Origin: Eledone cirrhosa | Taxonomy: Eukaryota | NCBI GenBank assembly: GCA_964016885.1 | Contig: OZ024744.1 | Location: 120,590,001-120,654,000 of the forward strand | Direction of reading: 5' to 3' | DNA: 64,000 bases | Shown: one piece after another, positions 41,050 through 56,000 of the stretch | Layout of the letters: every line of letters starts with the position of its first letter | How positions within the stretch are numbered: position 1 is the stretch's first letter | Made by a program: the position numbers and the translations under genes | Notes under the pieces: generated by a model | The model's database searches: none | What the model saw: the letters and a program-made list of their open reading frames with translations, nothing else | Told to the model about the DNA's origin: nothing

Positions 41050-44000
41050 TATCAGAGCTGTGTGCTCTCAATTCAGAGATTCTATCCTGAGACATTCTAA
41101 GCACATGTCATATTATCAGAGCTGTGATCTCCCAATTCAGAGATTCTTTCCCGAGAAATTCTAACCACACATCTGTAGTATAAGAGCTGTGATCTCTCAA
41201 TTCAGAGATTCTTTCCTGAGGCATTCTGACTCCCTGTCCACAGTATCAGACCTGTGATCTCTCAATTCAGAGATTTTTTCCTGAGACATTCTAACCACAT
41301 ATCATAGTATCAGATTTGTGATCTCTCAATTTAGAGATTCTTTCCTGAGATATTCTAACCACATGTCATAGTATCAGATCTGTGATCTCTTAATTCAGAG
41401 ATTCTTTCCTGAGATATTCTAACCACATGTCATAGTATCAGAGCTGTGATCTCTCAATTCAGAGATTCTTCCCTGAGACATTCTAGCCACATGTCATAGT
41501 ATCAGAGCTGTGATCTCTTAATTTAGAGATTCTTTCATGAGATAATCTAACCACATGTCATAGTATCAGTGCTGTGATCTCTCAATTCAGAGATTCTCTC
41601 CTGAGACATTCTAACCACATGTCATAGTATTAGAGCTGTGATTTCTCAATTCAGAGATTCTTTCCTGAGAAATTCTAACCACATGTCTGTAGTATCAGAG
41701 CTGTGATCTCTCAATTCAGAGATTCTTTCCTGAGACGTTCTAACTCCATATCCACAGTATCAGAGCTGTGATCTCTCAATTTAGAGATTCTTTCATGAGA
41801 TATTCTAACCACATGTCATAGTATCAGCTCTGTGATCTCTCAATTCAGAGATTCTTTCCTGAGACATTCTAACCACATGTCACAGTATCAGAGCTGTGAT
41901 CTCTCAATTCAGAGATTCTTTCCTCAGACATTCTAACCACATCTCATAGTATCAGAGCTGTGATCTCTCAATTCAGAGATTCTTTCCTGAGACATTCTAA
42001 CCACATGTCATATTATCAGAGCTGTGATCTCTCAATTCAGAGATTCTTTCCTGAGAAATTCTAACCACATATCTGTAATATCAGAGCTGTGATCTCTCAA
42101 TTCAGAGATTCTTTCCTGAGACATTCTGACTCCATGTCCACAGTATCAGAGCTGTGATCTCTTAATTTAGAGATTCTTTCATGAGATAATCTAACCACAT
42201 GTCATAGTATCAGTGCTGTGATCTCTCAATTCAGAGATTCTCTCCTGAGACATTCTTACCACATGTCATAGTATCAGAGCTGTGATCTCTCAATTTAGAG
42301 ATTCTTTCCTGAGACATTCTAACCACATGTCATAGTATCAGAACTGTGATCTCTCAATTCAGAGATTCTATCCTGAGACATTCTAACGACATGTCATAGT
42401 ATCAGAGCTGTGATCTCTCAATTTAGAGATTCTTTCATGAGATATTCTAACCACATGTCATAGTATCAGCTCTGTGATCTCTCAATTCAGAGATTCTTTC
42501 CTGAGACATTCTAACCACATGTCACAGTATCAGAGCTGTGATCTCTCAATTCAGAGATTCTTTCCTCAGACATTCTAACCACATCTCATAGTATCAGAGC
42601 TGTGATCTCTCAATTCAGAGATTCTTTCCTGAGACATTCTAACCACATGTCATATTATCAGAGCTGTGATCTCTCAATTCAGAGATTCTTTCCTGAGAAA
42701 TTCTAACCACATATCTGTAATATCAGAGCTGTGATCTCTCAATTCAGAGATTCTTTCCTGAGACATTCTGACTCCATGTCCACAGTATCAGTACTGTGAT
42801 CTCTCAATTCAGAGATTCTTTCCTGATATATTCTAATCACATGTCATATTATAAGAGCTGTGATCTCTCAATTCAGAGATTCTTTCCTGGGATATTCTAA
42901 CCACATGTCATAGTATCAGAGCTGTGATCTCTCAATTCAGGGATTCTTTCCTGAGATATTCTAACCACATGTCATAGTATCAGAGCTGTGATCTCTCAAT
43001 TCAGATATTCTTTCCTGAGACATTCTAACCACATGTCATAGGATCAGAGTTGTGATCTCTCAATTTAGAGATTCTTTCCTGAGATATTCTAACCACATGT
43101 CATAGTATCAGAGCTGTGATCTCTCAACTTAGAGATTCTTTCCTGAGACATTCTAACCACATGTCTTAGTATCAGAACTGTGATCTCTCAATTCAGAGAT
43201 TCTATCCTGAGACATTCTAACCACATGTCATAGTATCAGAGCTGTGATCTCTCAATTTAGAGATGCTTTCATGTGATATTCTAACCACATGTCATATTAT
43301 CAGAGCTGTGATCTCTCAATTCGGAGATTCTTTCCTGAGACATTCTAACCACATGTCATAGTATTAGAGCTGTGATCTCTCAATTCAGAGATTCTCTCCT
43401 GAGACATTGTAAACACATGTCATAGTATCAGAGCTGTGATCTCTCAATTTAGAGATTCTTTCCTGAGATATTCTAACCACATGTCATAATGTCAGAGCTA
43501 TGATCTCTCAATTCAGAGAATCTTTCCTGAGACATTCTAACCACATGTCTGTAGTATCAGAGCTGTATGCCATCAATTCAGAGATTCTTTCCTGAGACAT
43601 TCTAAGCACATGTCATAGTATCGGAGCTGTGATCTATCAATTCAGAGATTCTTTCCTGAGACATTCTAACCACATGTCATAGTATCAGAGTTGTGATCTC
43701 TCAATTCAGAGATTCTTTCCTGGGACATTCTAACCACATGTCATAGTATTTGAGCTGTGATCTCTCAATTCAGAGCTTCTTTCCTGAGACATTCTTACCA
43801 CATGTCATAGTATCAGAGCTGTGATCTCTCAATTTAGAGATTCTTTCCTGAGACATTCTAACCACATGTCATATTATCAGAGCTGTGATCTCTCAATTCA
43901 GAGATTCTTTCCTGAGACATTCTAACCACATGTCATAGTATCAGAGCTGTGATATCTCAATTCAGAGCTTCTTTCATGAGATATTCTAACCACATGTCAT

Positions 44001-47000
44001 AGTATCAGAGCTGTGTGCTCTCAATTCAGAGATTCTATCCTGAGACATTCTAACCACATGTCATACTACTAGAGCTGTGATCTCTCAATTCAGAGATTCT
44101 TTACTGAGAAATTCTAACCACATGTCTGTAGTATCAGAGCTGTGATCTCTCAATTCAGAGATTCTCTCCTGAGACATTCTAACCACATGTCATAGTATTA
44201 GAGCTGTGATTTCTCAATTCAGAGATTCTTTCCTGAGAAATTCTAACCACATGTCTGTAGTATCAGAGCTGTGATCTCTCAATTCAGAGATTCTTTCCTG
44301 AGACGTTCTAACTCCATATCCACAGTATCAGAGCTGTGATCTCTCAATTCAGAGATTCTTTCCTGAGACATTCTTACCACATGTCATAGTATCAGAGCTG
44401 TCATCTCTCAATTTAGAGATTCTATCCTGAGACATTCTAACGACATGTCATAGTATCAGAGCTGTGATCTCTTAATTTAGAGATTCTTTCATGAGATAAT
44501 CTAACCACATGTCATAGTATCAGAGCTGTGATCTCTCAATTCAGAGATTCTTTCCTGAGAAATTCTAACCACATATCTGTAATATCAGAGCTGTGATCTC
44601 TCAATTCAGAGATTCTTTGCTGAGACATTCTGACTCCATGTCCACAGTATCAGTACTGTGATCTCTCAATTCAGAGATTCTTTCCTGATATATTCTAACC
44701 ACATGTCATATTATAAGAGCTGTGATCTCTCAATTCAGAGATTCTTTCCTGGGATATTCTAACCACATGTCATAGTATCAGAGCTGTGATCTCTCAATTC
44801 AGAGATTCTTTCCTGAGATATTCTAACCACATGTCATAGTATCAGAGCTGTGATCTCTCAATTCAGATATTCTTTCCTGAGACATTCTAACCACATGTCA
44901 TAGGATCAGATTTGTGATCTCTCAATTCAGAGATTCTATCCTGAGACATTCTAACCACATGTCATAGTATCAGAGCTGTGATCTCTCAATTTAAAGATGC
45001 TTTCATGAGATATTCTAACCACATGTCATATTATCAGAGCTGTGATCTCTCAATTCGGAGATTCTTTCCTGAGACATTCTAACCACATGTCATAGTATTA
45101 GAGCTGTGATCTCTCAATTCAGAGATTCTCTCCTGAGACATTGTAAACACATGTCATAGTATCAGAGCTGTGATCTCTCAATTTAAAGATTCTTTCCTGA
45201 GATATTCTAACCACATGTCATATTATCAGAGCTGTGATCTCTCAATTCAGAGATTCTTTCCTGAGACATTCTAACCACATGTCATAGTATCAGAGCTGTG
45301 ATATCTCAATTCAGAGATTCTTTCATGAGATATTCTAACCACATGTCATAGTATCAGAGCTGTGTGCTCTCAATTCAGAGATTCTATCCTGAGACATTCT
45401 AACCACATGTCATACTACTAGAGCTGTGATCTCTCAATTCAGAGATTCTTTCCTGAGAAATTCTAACCACATGTCTGTAGTATCAGAGCTGTGATCTCTC
45501 AATTCGGAGATTCTTTCCTGAGACATTCTGACTCCATGTCCACAGTATCAGTACTGTGATCTCTCAATTCAGAGATTCTTTCCTGATATATTCTAACCAC
45601 ATGTCATATTATAAGAGCTGTGATCTCTCAATTCAGAGATTCTTTCCTGGGACATTCTAACCACATGTCATAGTATCAGAGCTGTGATCTCTCAATTCAG
45701 AGATTCTTTCCTGAGATATTCTAACCACATGTCATAGTATCAGAGCTGTGATCTCTCAATTCAGATATTCTTTCCTGAGACATTCTAACCACATGTCATA
45801 GGATCAGATTTGTGATCTCTCAATTTAGAGATTCTTTCCTGAGATATTCTAACCACATGTCATAGCATCAGAGCTGTGATCTCTCAATTCAGAGATTCTT
45901 TCCTGAGACATTCTTACCACACGTCATAGTATCAGAGCTGTGATCTCTCAACTTAGAGATTCTTTCCTGAGACATTCTAACCACATGTCTTAGTATCAGA
46001 GCTGTGATCTCTCAATTCAGAGATTCTATCCTGAGACATACTAACCACATGTCATAGTATCAGAGCTGTGATCTCTCAATTTAGAGATGCTTTCATGAGA
46101 TATTCTAACCACATGTCATATTATCAGAGCTGTGATCTCTCAATTCGGAGATTCTTTCCTGAGACATTCTAACCACATGTCATAGTATTAGAGCTGTGAT
46201 CTCTCAATTCAGAGATTCTCTCCTGAGACATTGTAAACACATGTCATAGTATCAGAGCTGTGATCTCTCAATTTAGAGATTCTTTCCTGAGATATTCTAA
46301 CCACATGTCATAATGTCAGAGCTATGATCTCTCAATTCAGAGATTCTTTCCTGAGACATTCTAAGCACATGCCATAGTATCGGAGCTGTGATCTATCAAT
46401 TCAGAGATTCTTTCCTGAGACATTCTAACCACATGTCATAGTATCAGAGTTGTGATCTCTCAATTCAGAGATTCTTTCCTGGGACATTCTAACCACATGT
46501 CATAGTATTAGAGCTGTGATCTCTCAATTCAGATCTTCTTTCCTGAGACATTCTAACCACATGTCATATTATCAGAGCTGTGATCTCTCAATTCAGAGAT
46601 TCTTTCCTGAGACATTCTAACCACATGTCATAGTATCAGAGCTGTGATATCTCAATTCAGAGCTTCTTTCATGAGATATTCTAACCACATGTCATAGTAT
46701 CAGAGCTGTGTGCTCTCAATTCAGAGATTCTATCCTGAGACATTCTAACCACATGTCATACTACTAGAGCTGTGATCTCTCAATTCAGAGATTCTTTCCT
46801 GAGAAATTCTAACCACATGTCTGTAGTATCAGAGCTGTGATCTCTCAATTCGGAGATTCTTTCCTGAGACATTCTGACTCCATGTCCACAGTATCAGTAC
46901 TGTGATCTCTCAATTCAGAGATTCTTTCCTGATATATTCTAACCACATGTCATATTATAAGAGCTGTGATCTCTCAATTCAGAGATTCTTTCCTGGGACA

Positions 47001-50000
47001 TTCTAACCACATGTCATAGTATCAGATCTGTGATCTCTTAATTCAGAGATTCTTTCCTGAGATATTCTAACCACATGTCATATTATCAGAGCTGTGATCT
47101 CTCAATTCAGAGATTCTTCCCTGAGACATTCTAACCACATGTCATAGTATCAGAGCTGTGATCTCTTAATTTAGAGATTATTTCATGAGATAATCTAACC
47201 ACATGTCATAGTATCAGTGCTGTGATCTCTCAATTCAGAGATTCTCTCCTGAGACATTCTAACCACATGTCATATTATTAGAGCTGTGATTTCTCAATTC
47301 AGAGATTCTTTCCTGAGAAATTCTAACCACATGTCTGTAGTATCAGAGCTGTGATCTCTCAATTCAGAGATTCTTTCCTGAGACGTTCTAACTCCATATC
47401 CACAGTATCAGAGCTGTGATCTCTCAATTCAGTGATTCTTTCCTGATATATTCTAACCACATGTCATATTATAAGAGCTGTGATCTCTCAATTTAGAGAT
47501 TCTTTCCTGAGACATTCTAACCACAAGTCATAGTATCAGAACTGTGATCTCTCAATTCAGAGATTCTATCCTGAGACATTCTAACGACATGTCATAGTAT
47601 CAGAGCTGTGATCTCTCAATTTAGAGATTCTTTCATGAGATATTCTAACCACATGTCATAGTATCAGCTCTGTGATCTCTCAATTCAGAGATTCTTTCCT
47701 GAGACATTCTAACCACATGTCATAGTATCAGAGCTGTGATCTCTCAATTTAAAGATGCTTTCATGAGATATTCTAACCACATGTCATATTATCAGAGCTG
47801 TGATCTCTCAATTCGGAGATTCTTTCCTGAGACATTCTAACCACATGTCATAGTATTAGAGCTGTGATCTCTCAATTCAGAGATTCTCTCCTGAGACATT
47901 GTAAACACATGTCATAGTATCAGAGCTGTGATCTCTCAATTTAGAGATTCTTTCCTGAGATATTCTAACCACATGTCATATTATCAGAGCTGTGATCTCT
48001 CAATTCAGAGATTCTTTCCTGAGACATTCTAACCACATGTCATAGTATCAGAGCTGTGATATCTCAATTCAGAGCTTCTTTCATGAGATATTCTAACCAC
48101 ATGTCATAGTATCAGAGCTGTGTGCTCTCAATTCAGAGATTCTATCCTGAGACATTCTAACCACATGTCATACTACTAGAGCTGTGATCTCTCAATTCAG
48201 AGATTCTTTCCTGAGAAATTCTAACCACATGTCTGTAGTATCAGAGCTGTGATCTCTCAATTCGGAGATTCTTTCCTGAGACATTCTGACTCCATGTCCA
48301 CAGTATCAGTACTGTGATCTCTCAATTCAGAGATTCTTTCCTGATATATTCTAACCACATGTCATATTATAAGAGCTGTGATCTCTCAATTCAGAGATTC
48401 TTTCCTGGGACATTCTAACCACATGTCATAGTATCAGAGCTGTGATCTCTCAATTCAGAGATTCTTTCCTGAGATATTCTAACCACATGTCATAGTATCA
48501 GAGCTGTGATCTCTCAATTCAGATATTCTTTCCTGAGACATTCTAACCACATGTCATAGGATCAGATTTGTGATCTCTCAATTTAGAGATTCTTTCCTGA
48601 GATATTCTAACCACATGTCATAGCATCAGAGCTGTGATCTCTCAATTCAGAGATTCTTTCCTGAGACATTCTTACCACACGTCATAGTATCAGAGCTGTG
48701 ATCTCTCAACTTAGAGATTCTTTCCTGAGACATTCTAACCACATGTCTTAGTATCAGAACTGTGATCTCTCAATTCCGAGATTCTATCCTGAGACATTCT
48801 AACCACATGTCATAGTATCAGAGCTGTGATCTCTCAATTTAGAGATGCTTTTATGAGATATTCTAACCACATGTCATATTATCAGAGCTGTGATCTCTCA
48901 ATTCGGAGATTCTTTCCTGAGACATTCTAACCACATGTCATAGTATTAGAGCTGTGATCTCTCAATTCAGAGATTCTCTCCTGAGACATTGTAAACACAT
49001 GTCATAGTATCAGAGCTGTGATCTCTCAATTTAGAGATTCTTTCCTGAGATATTCTAACCACATGTCATAGTATCAGAGCTGTGTGCTCTCAATTCAGAG
49101 ATTCTATCCTGAGACATTCTAAGCACATGTCATATTATCAGAGCTGTGATCTCCCAATTCAGAGATTCTTTCCCGAGAAATTCTAACCACACATCTGTAG
49201 TATAAGAGCTGTGATCTCTCAATTCAGAGATTCTTTCCTGAGGCATTCTGACTCCCTGTCCACAGTATCAGACCTGTGATCTCTCAATTCAGAGATTTTT
49301 TCCTGAGACATTCTAACCACATATCATAGTATCAGATTTGTGATCTCTCAATTTAGAGATTCTTTCCTGAGATATTCTAACCACATGTCATAGTATCAGA
49401 TCTGTGATCTCTTAATTCAGAGATTCTTTCCTGAGATATTCTAACCACATGTCATAGTATCAGAGCTGTGATCTCTCAATTCAGAGATTCTTCCCTGAGA
49501 CATTCTAGCCACATGTCATAGTATCAGAGCTGTGATCTCTTAATTTAGAGATTCTTTCATGAGATAATCTAACCACATGTCATAGTATCAGTGCTGTGAT
49601 CTCTCAATTCAGAGATTCTCTCCTGAGACATTCTAACCACATGTCATAGTATTAGAGCTGTGATTTCTCAATTCAGAGATTCTTTCCTGAGAAATTCTAA
49701 CCACATGTCTGTAGTATCAGAGCTGTGATCTCTCAATTCAGAGATTCTTTCCTGAGACGTTCTAACTCCATATCCACAGTATCAGAGCTGTGATCTCTCA
49801 ATTCAGAGATTCTTTCCTGAGACATTCTTACCACATGTCATAGTATCAGAGCTGTGATCTCTCAATTTAGAGATTCTTTCCTGAGACATTCTAACCACAT
49901 GTCATAGTATCAGAACTGTGATCTCTCAATTCAGAGATTCTATCCTGAGACATTCTAACGACATGTCATAGTATCAGAGCTGTGATCTCTCAATTTAGAG

Positions 50001-53000
50001 ATTCTTTCATGAGATATTCTAACCACATGTCATAGTATCAGCTCTGTGATCTCTCAATTCAGAGATTCTTTCCTGAGACATTCTAACCACATGTCACAGT
50101 ATCAGAGCTGTGATCTCTCAATTCAGAGATTCTTTCCTCAGACATTCTAACCACATCTCATAGTATCAGAGCTGTGATCTCTCAATTCAGAGATTCTTTC
50201 CTGAGACATTCTAACCACATGTCATATTATCAGAGCTGTGATCTCTCAATTCAGAGATTCTTTCCTGAGAAATTCTAACCACATATCTGTAATATCAGAG
50301 CTGTGATCTCTCAATTCAGAGATTCTTTCCTGAGACATTCTGACTCCATGTCCACAGTATCAGTACTGTGATCTCTCAATTCAGAGATTCTTTCCTGATA
50401 TATTCTAATCACATGTCATATTATAAGAGCTGTGATCTCTCAATTCAGAGATTCTTTCCTGGGATATTCTAACCACATGTCATAGTATCAGAGCTGTGAT
50501 CTCTCAATTCAGGGATTCTTTCCTGAGATATTCTAACCACATGTCATAGTATCAGAGCTGTGATCTCTCAATTCAGATATTCTTTCCTGAGACATTCTAA
50601 CCACATGTCATAGGATCAGAGTTGTGATCTCTCAATTTAGAGATTCTTTCCTGAGATATTCTAACCACATGTCATAGTATCAGAGCTGTGATCTCTCAAC
50701 TTAGAGATTCTTTCCTGAGACATTCTAACCACATGTCTTAGTATCAGAACTGTGATCTCTCAATTCAGAGATTCTATCCTGAGACATTCTAACCACATGT
50801 CATAGTATCAGAGCTGTGATCTCTCAATTTAGAGATGCTTTCATGTGATATTCTAACCACATGTCATATTATCAGAGCTGTGATCTCTCAATTCGGAGAT
50901 TCTTTCCTGAGACATTCTAACCACATGTCATAGTATTAGAGCTGTGATCTCTCAATTCAGAGATTCTCTCCTGAGACATTGTAAACACATGTCATAGTAT
51001 CAGAGCTGTGATCTCTCAATTTAGAGATTCTTTCCTGAGATATTCTAACCACATGTCATAATGTCAGAGCTATGATCTCTCAATTCAGAGAATCTTTCCT
51101 GAGACATTCTAACCACATGTCTGTAGTATCAGAGCTGTATGCCATCAATTCAGAGATTCTTTCCTGAGACATTCTAAGCACATGTCATAGTATCGGAGCT
51201 GTGATCTATCAATTCAGAGATTCTTTCCTGAGACATTCTAACCACATGTCATAGTATCAGAGTTGTGATCTCTCAATTCAGAGATTCTTTCCTGGGACAT
51301 TCTAACCACATGTCATAGTATTTGAGCTGTGATCTCTCAATTCAGAGCTTCTTTCCTGAGACATTCTTACCACATGTCATAGTATCAGAGCTGTGATCTC
51401 TCAATTTAGAGATTCTTTCCTGAGACATTCTAACCACATGTCATATTATCAGAGCTGTGATCTCTCAATTCAGAGATTCTTTCCTGAGACATTCTAACCA
51501 CATGTCATAGTATCAGAGCTGTGATATCTCAATTCAGAGCTTCTTTCATGAGATATTCTAACCACATGTCATAGTATCAGAGCTGTGTGCTCTCAATTCA
51601 GAGATTCTATCCTGAGACATTCTAACCACATGTCATACTACTAGAGCTGTGATCTCTCAATTCAGAGATTCTTTACTGAGAAATTCTAACCACATGTCTG
51701 TAGTATCAGAGCTGTGATCTCTCAATTCAGAGATTCTCTCCTGAGACATTCTAACCACATGTCATAGTATTAGAGCTGTGATTTCTCAATTCAGAGATTC
51801 TTTCCTGAGAAATTCTAACCACATGTCTGTAGTATCAGAGCTGTGATCTCTCAATTCAGAGATTCTTTCCTGAGACGTTCTAACTCCATATCCACAGTAT
51901 CAGAGCTGTGATCTCTCAATTCAGAGATTCTTTCCTGAGACATTCTTACCACATGTCATAGTATCAGAGCTGTCATCTCTCAATTTAGAGATTCTATCCT
52001 GAGACATTCTAACGACATGTCATAGTATCAGAGCTGTGATCTCTTAATTTAGAGATTCTTTCATGAGATAATCTAACCACATGTCATAGTATCAGAGCTG
52101 TGATCTCTCAATTCAGAGATTCTTTCCTGAGAAATTCTAACCACATATCTGTAATATCAGAGCTGTGATCTCTCAATTCAGAGATTCTTTGCTGAGACAT
52201 TCTGACTCCATGTCCACAGTATCAGTACTGTGATCTCTCAATTCAGAGATTCTTTCCTGATATATTCTAACCACATGTCATATTATAAGAGCTGTGATCT
52301 CTCAATTCAGAGATTCTTTCCTGGGATATTCTAACCACATGTCATAGTATCAGAGCTGTGATCTCTCAATTCAGAGATTCTTTCCTGAGATATTCTAACC
52401 ACATGTCATAGTATCAGAGCTGTGATCTCTCAATTCAGATATTCTTTCCTGAGACATTCTAACCACATGTCATAGGATCAGATTTGTGATCTCTCAATTC
52501 AGAGATTCTATCCTGAGACATTCTAACCACATGTCATAGTATCAGAGCTGTGATCTCTCAATTTAAAGATGCTTTCATGAGATATTCTAACCACATGTCA
52601 TATTATCAGAGCTGTGATCTCTCAATTCGGAGATTCTTTCCTGAGACATTCTAACCACATGTCATAGTATTAGAGCTGTGATCTCTCAATTCAGAGATTC
52701 TCTCCTGAGACATTGTAAACACATGTCATAGTATCAGAGCTGTGATCTCTCAATTTAAAGATTCTTTCCTGAGATATTCTAACCACATGTCATATTATCA
52801 GAGCTGTGATCTCTCAATTCAGAGATTCTTTCCTGAGACATTCTAACCACATGTCATAGTATCAGAGCTGTGATATCTCAATTCAGAGATTCTTTCATGA
52901 GATATTCTAACCACATGTCATAGTATCAGAGCTGTGTGCTCTCAATTCAGAGATTCTATCCTGAGACATTCTAACCACATGTCATACTACTAGAGCTGTG

Positions 53001-56000
53001 ATCTCTCAATTCAGAGATTCTTTCCTGAGAAATTCTAACCACATGTCTGTAGTATCAGAGCTGTGATCTCTCAATTCGGAGATTCTTTCCTGAGACATTC
53101 TGACTCCATGTCCACAGTATCAGTACTGTGATCTCTCAATTCAGAGATTCTTTCCTGATATATTCTAACCACATGTCATATTATAAGAGCTGTGATCTCT
53201 CAATTCAGAGATTCTTTCCTGGGACATTCTAACCACATGTCATAGTATCAGAGCTGTGATCTCTCAATTCAGAGATTCTTTCCTGAGATATTCTAACCAC
53301 ATGTCATAGTATCAGAGCTGTGATCTCTCAATTCAGATATTCTTTCCTGAGACATTCTAACCACATGTCATAGGATCAGATTTGTGATCTCTCAATTTAG
53401 AGATTCTTTCCTGAGATATTCTAACCACATGTCATAGCATCAGAGCTGTGATCTCTCAATTCAGAGATTCTTTCCTGAGACATTCTTACCACACGTCATA
53501 GTATCAGAGCTGTGATCTCTCAACTTAGAGATTCTTTCCTGAGACATTCTAACCACATGTCTTAGTATCAGAGCTGTGATCTCTCAATTCAGAGATTCTA
53601 TCCTGAGACATACTAACCACATGTCATAGTATCAGAGCTGTGATCTCTCAATTTAGAGATGCTTTCATGAGATATTCTAACCACATGTCATATTATCAGA
53701 GCTGTGATCTCTCAATTCGGAGATTCTTTCCTGAGACATTCTAACCACATGTCATAGTATTAGAGCTGTGATCTCTCAATTCAGAGATTCTCTCCTGAGA
53801 CATTGTAAACACATGTCATAGTATCAGAGCTGTGATCTCTCAATTTAGAGATTCTTTCCTGAGATATTCTAACCACATGTCATAATGTCAGAGCTATGAT
53901 CTCTCAATTCAGAGATTCTTTCCTGAGACATTCTAAGCACATGCCATAGTATCGGAGCTGTGATCTATCAATTCAGAGATTCTTTCCTGAGACATTCTAA
54001 CCACATGTCATAGTATCAGAGTTGTGATCTCTCAATTCAGAGATTCTTTCCTGGGACATTCTAACCACATGTCATAGTATTAGAGCTGTGATCTCTCAAT
54101 TCAGATCTTCTTTCCTGAGACATTCTAACCACATGTCATATTATCAGAGCTGTGATCTCTCAATTCAGAGATTCTTTCCTGAGACATTCTAACCACATGT
54201 CATAGTATCAGAGCTGTGATATCTCAATTCAGAGCTTCTTTCATGAGATATTCTAACCACATGTCATAGTATCAGAGCTGTGTGCTCTCAATTCAGAGAT
54301 TCTATCCTGAGACATTCTAACCACATGTCATACTACTAGAGCTGTGATCTCTCAATTCAGAGATTCTTTCCTGAGAAATTCTAACCACATGTCTGTAGTA
54401 TCAGAGCTGTGATCTCTCAATTCGGAGATTCTTTCCTGAGACATTCTGACTCCATGTCCACAGTATCAGTACTGTGATCTCTCAATTCAGAGATTCTTTC
54501 CTGATATATTCTAACCACATGTCATATTATAAGAGCTGTGATCTCTCAATTCAGAGATTCTTTCCTGGGACATTCTAACCACATGTCATAGTATCAGATC
54601 TGTGATCTCTTAATTCAGAGATTCTTTCCTGAGATATTCTAACCACATGTCATATTATCAGAGCTGTGATCTCTCAATTCAGAGATTCTTCCCTGAGACA
54701 TTCTAACCACATGTCATAGTATCAGAGCTGTGATCTCTTAATTTAGAGATTATTTCATGAGATAATCTAACCACATGTCATAGTATCAGTGCTGTGATCT
54801 CTCAATTCAGAGATTCTCTCCTGAGACATTCTAACCACATGTCATATTATTAGAGCTGTGATTTCTCAATTCAGAGATTCTTTCCTGAGAAATTCTAACC
54901 ACATGTCTGTAGTATCAGAGCTGTGATCTCTCAATTCAGAGATTCTTTCCTGAGACGTTCTAACTCCATATCCACAGTATCAGAGCTGTGATCTCTCAAT
55001 TCAGTGATTCTTTCCTGATATATTCTAACCACATGTCATATTATAAGAGCTGTGATCTCTCAATTTAGAGATTCTTTCCTGAGACATTCTAACCACAAGT
55101 CATAGTATCAGAACTGTGATCTCTCAATTCAGAGATTCTATCCTGAGACATTCTAACGACATGTCATAGTATCAGAGCTGTGATCTCTCAATTTAGAGAT
55201 TCTTTCATGAGATATTCTAACCACATGTCATAGTATCAGCTCTGTGATCTCTCAATTCAGAGATTCTTTCCTGAGACATTCTAACCACATGTCATAGTAT
55301 CAGAGCTGTGATCTCTCAATTTAAAGATGCTTTCATGAGATATTCTAACCACATGTCATATTATCAGAGCTGTGATCTCTCAATTCGGAGATTCTTTCCT
55401 GAGACATTCTAACCACATGTCATAGTATTAGAGCTGTGATCTCTCAATTCAGAGATTCTCTCCTGAGACATTGTAAACACATGTCATAGTATCAGAGCTG
55501 TGATCTCTCAATTTAGAGATTCTTTCCTGAGATATTCTAACCACATGTCATATTATCAGAGCTGTGATCTCTCAATTCAGAGATTCTTTCCTGAGACATT
55601 CTAACCACATGTCATAGTATCAGAGCTGTGATATCTCAATTCAGAGCTTCTTTCATGAGATATTCTAACCACATGTCATAGTATCAGAGCTGTGTGCTCT
55701 CAATTCAGAGATTCTATCCTGAGACATTCTAACCACATGTCATACTACTAGAGCTGTGATCTCTCAATTCAGAGATTCTTTCCTGAGAAATTCTAACCAC
55801 ATGTCTGTAGTATCAGAGCTGTGATCTCTCAATTCGGAGATTCTTTCCTGAGACATTCTGACTCCATGTCCACAGTATCAGTACTGTGATCTCTCAATTC
55901 AGAGATTCTTTCCTGATATATTCTAACCACATGTCATATTATAAGAGCTGTGATCTCTCAATTCAGAGATTCTTTCCTGGGACATTCTAACCACATGTCA

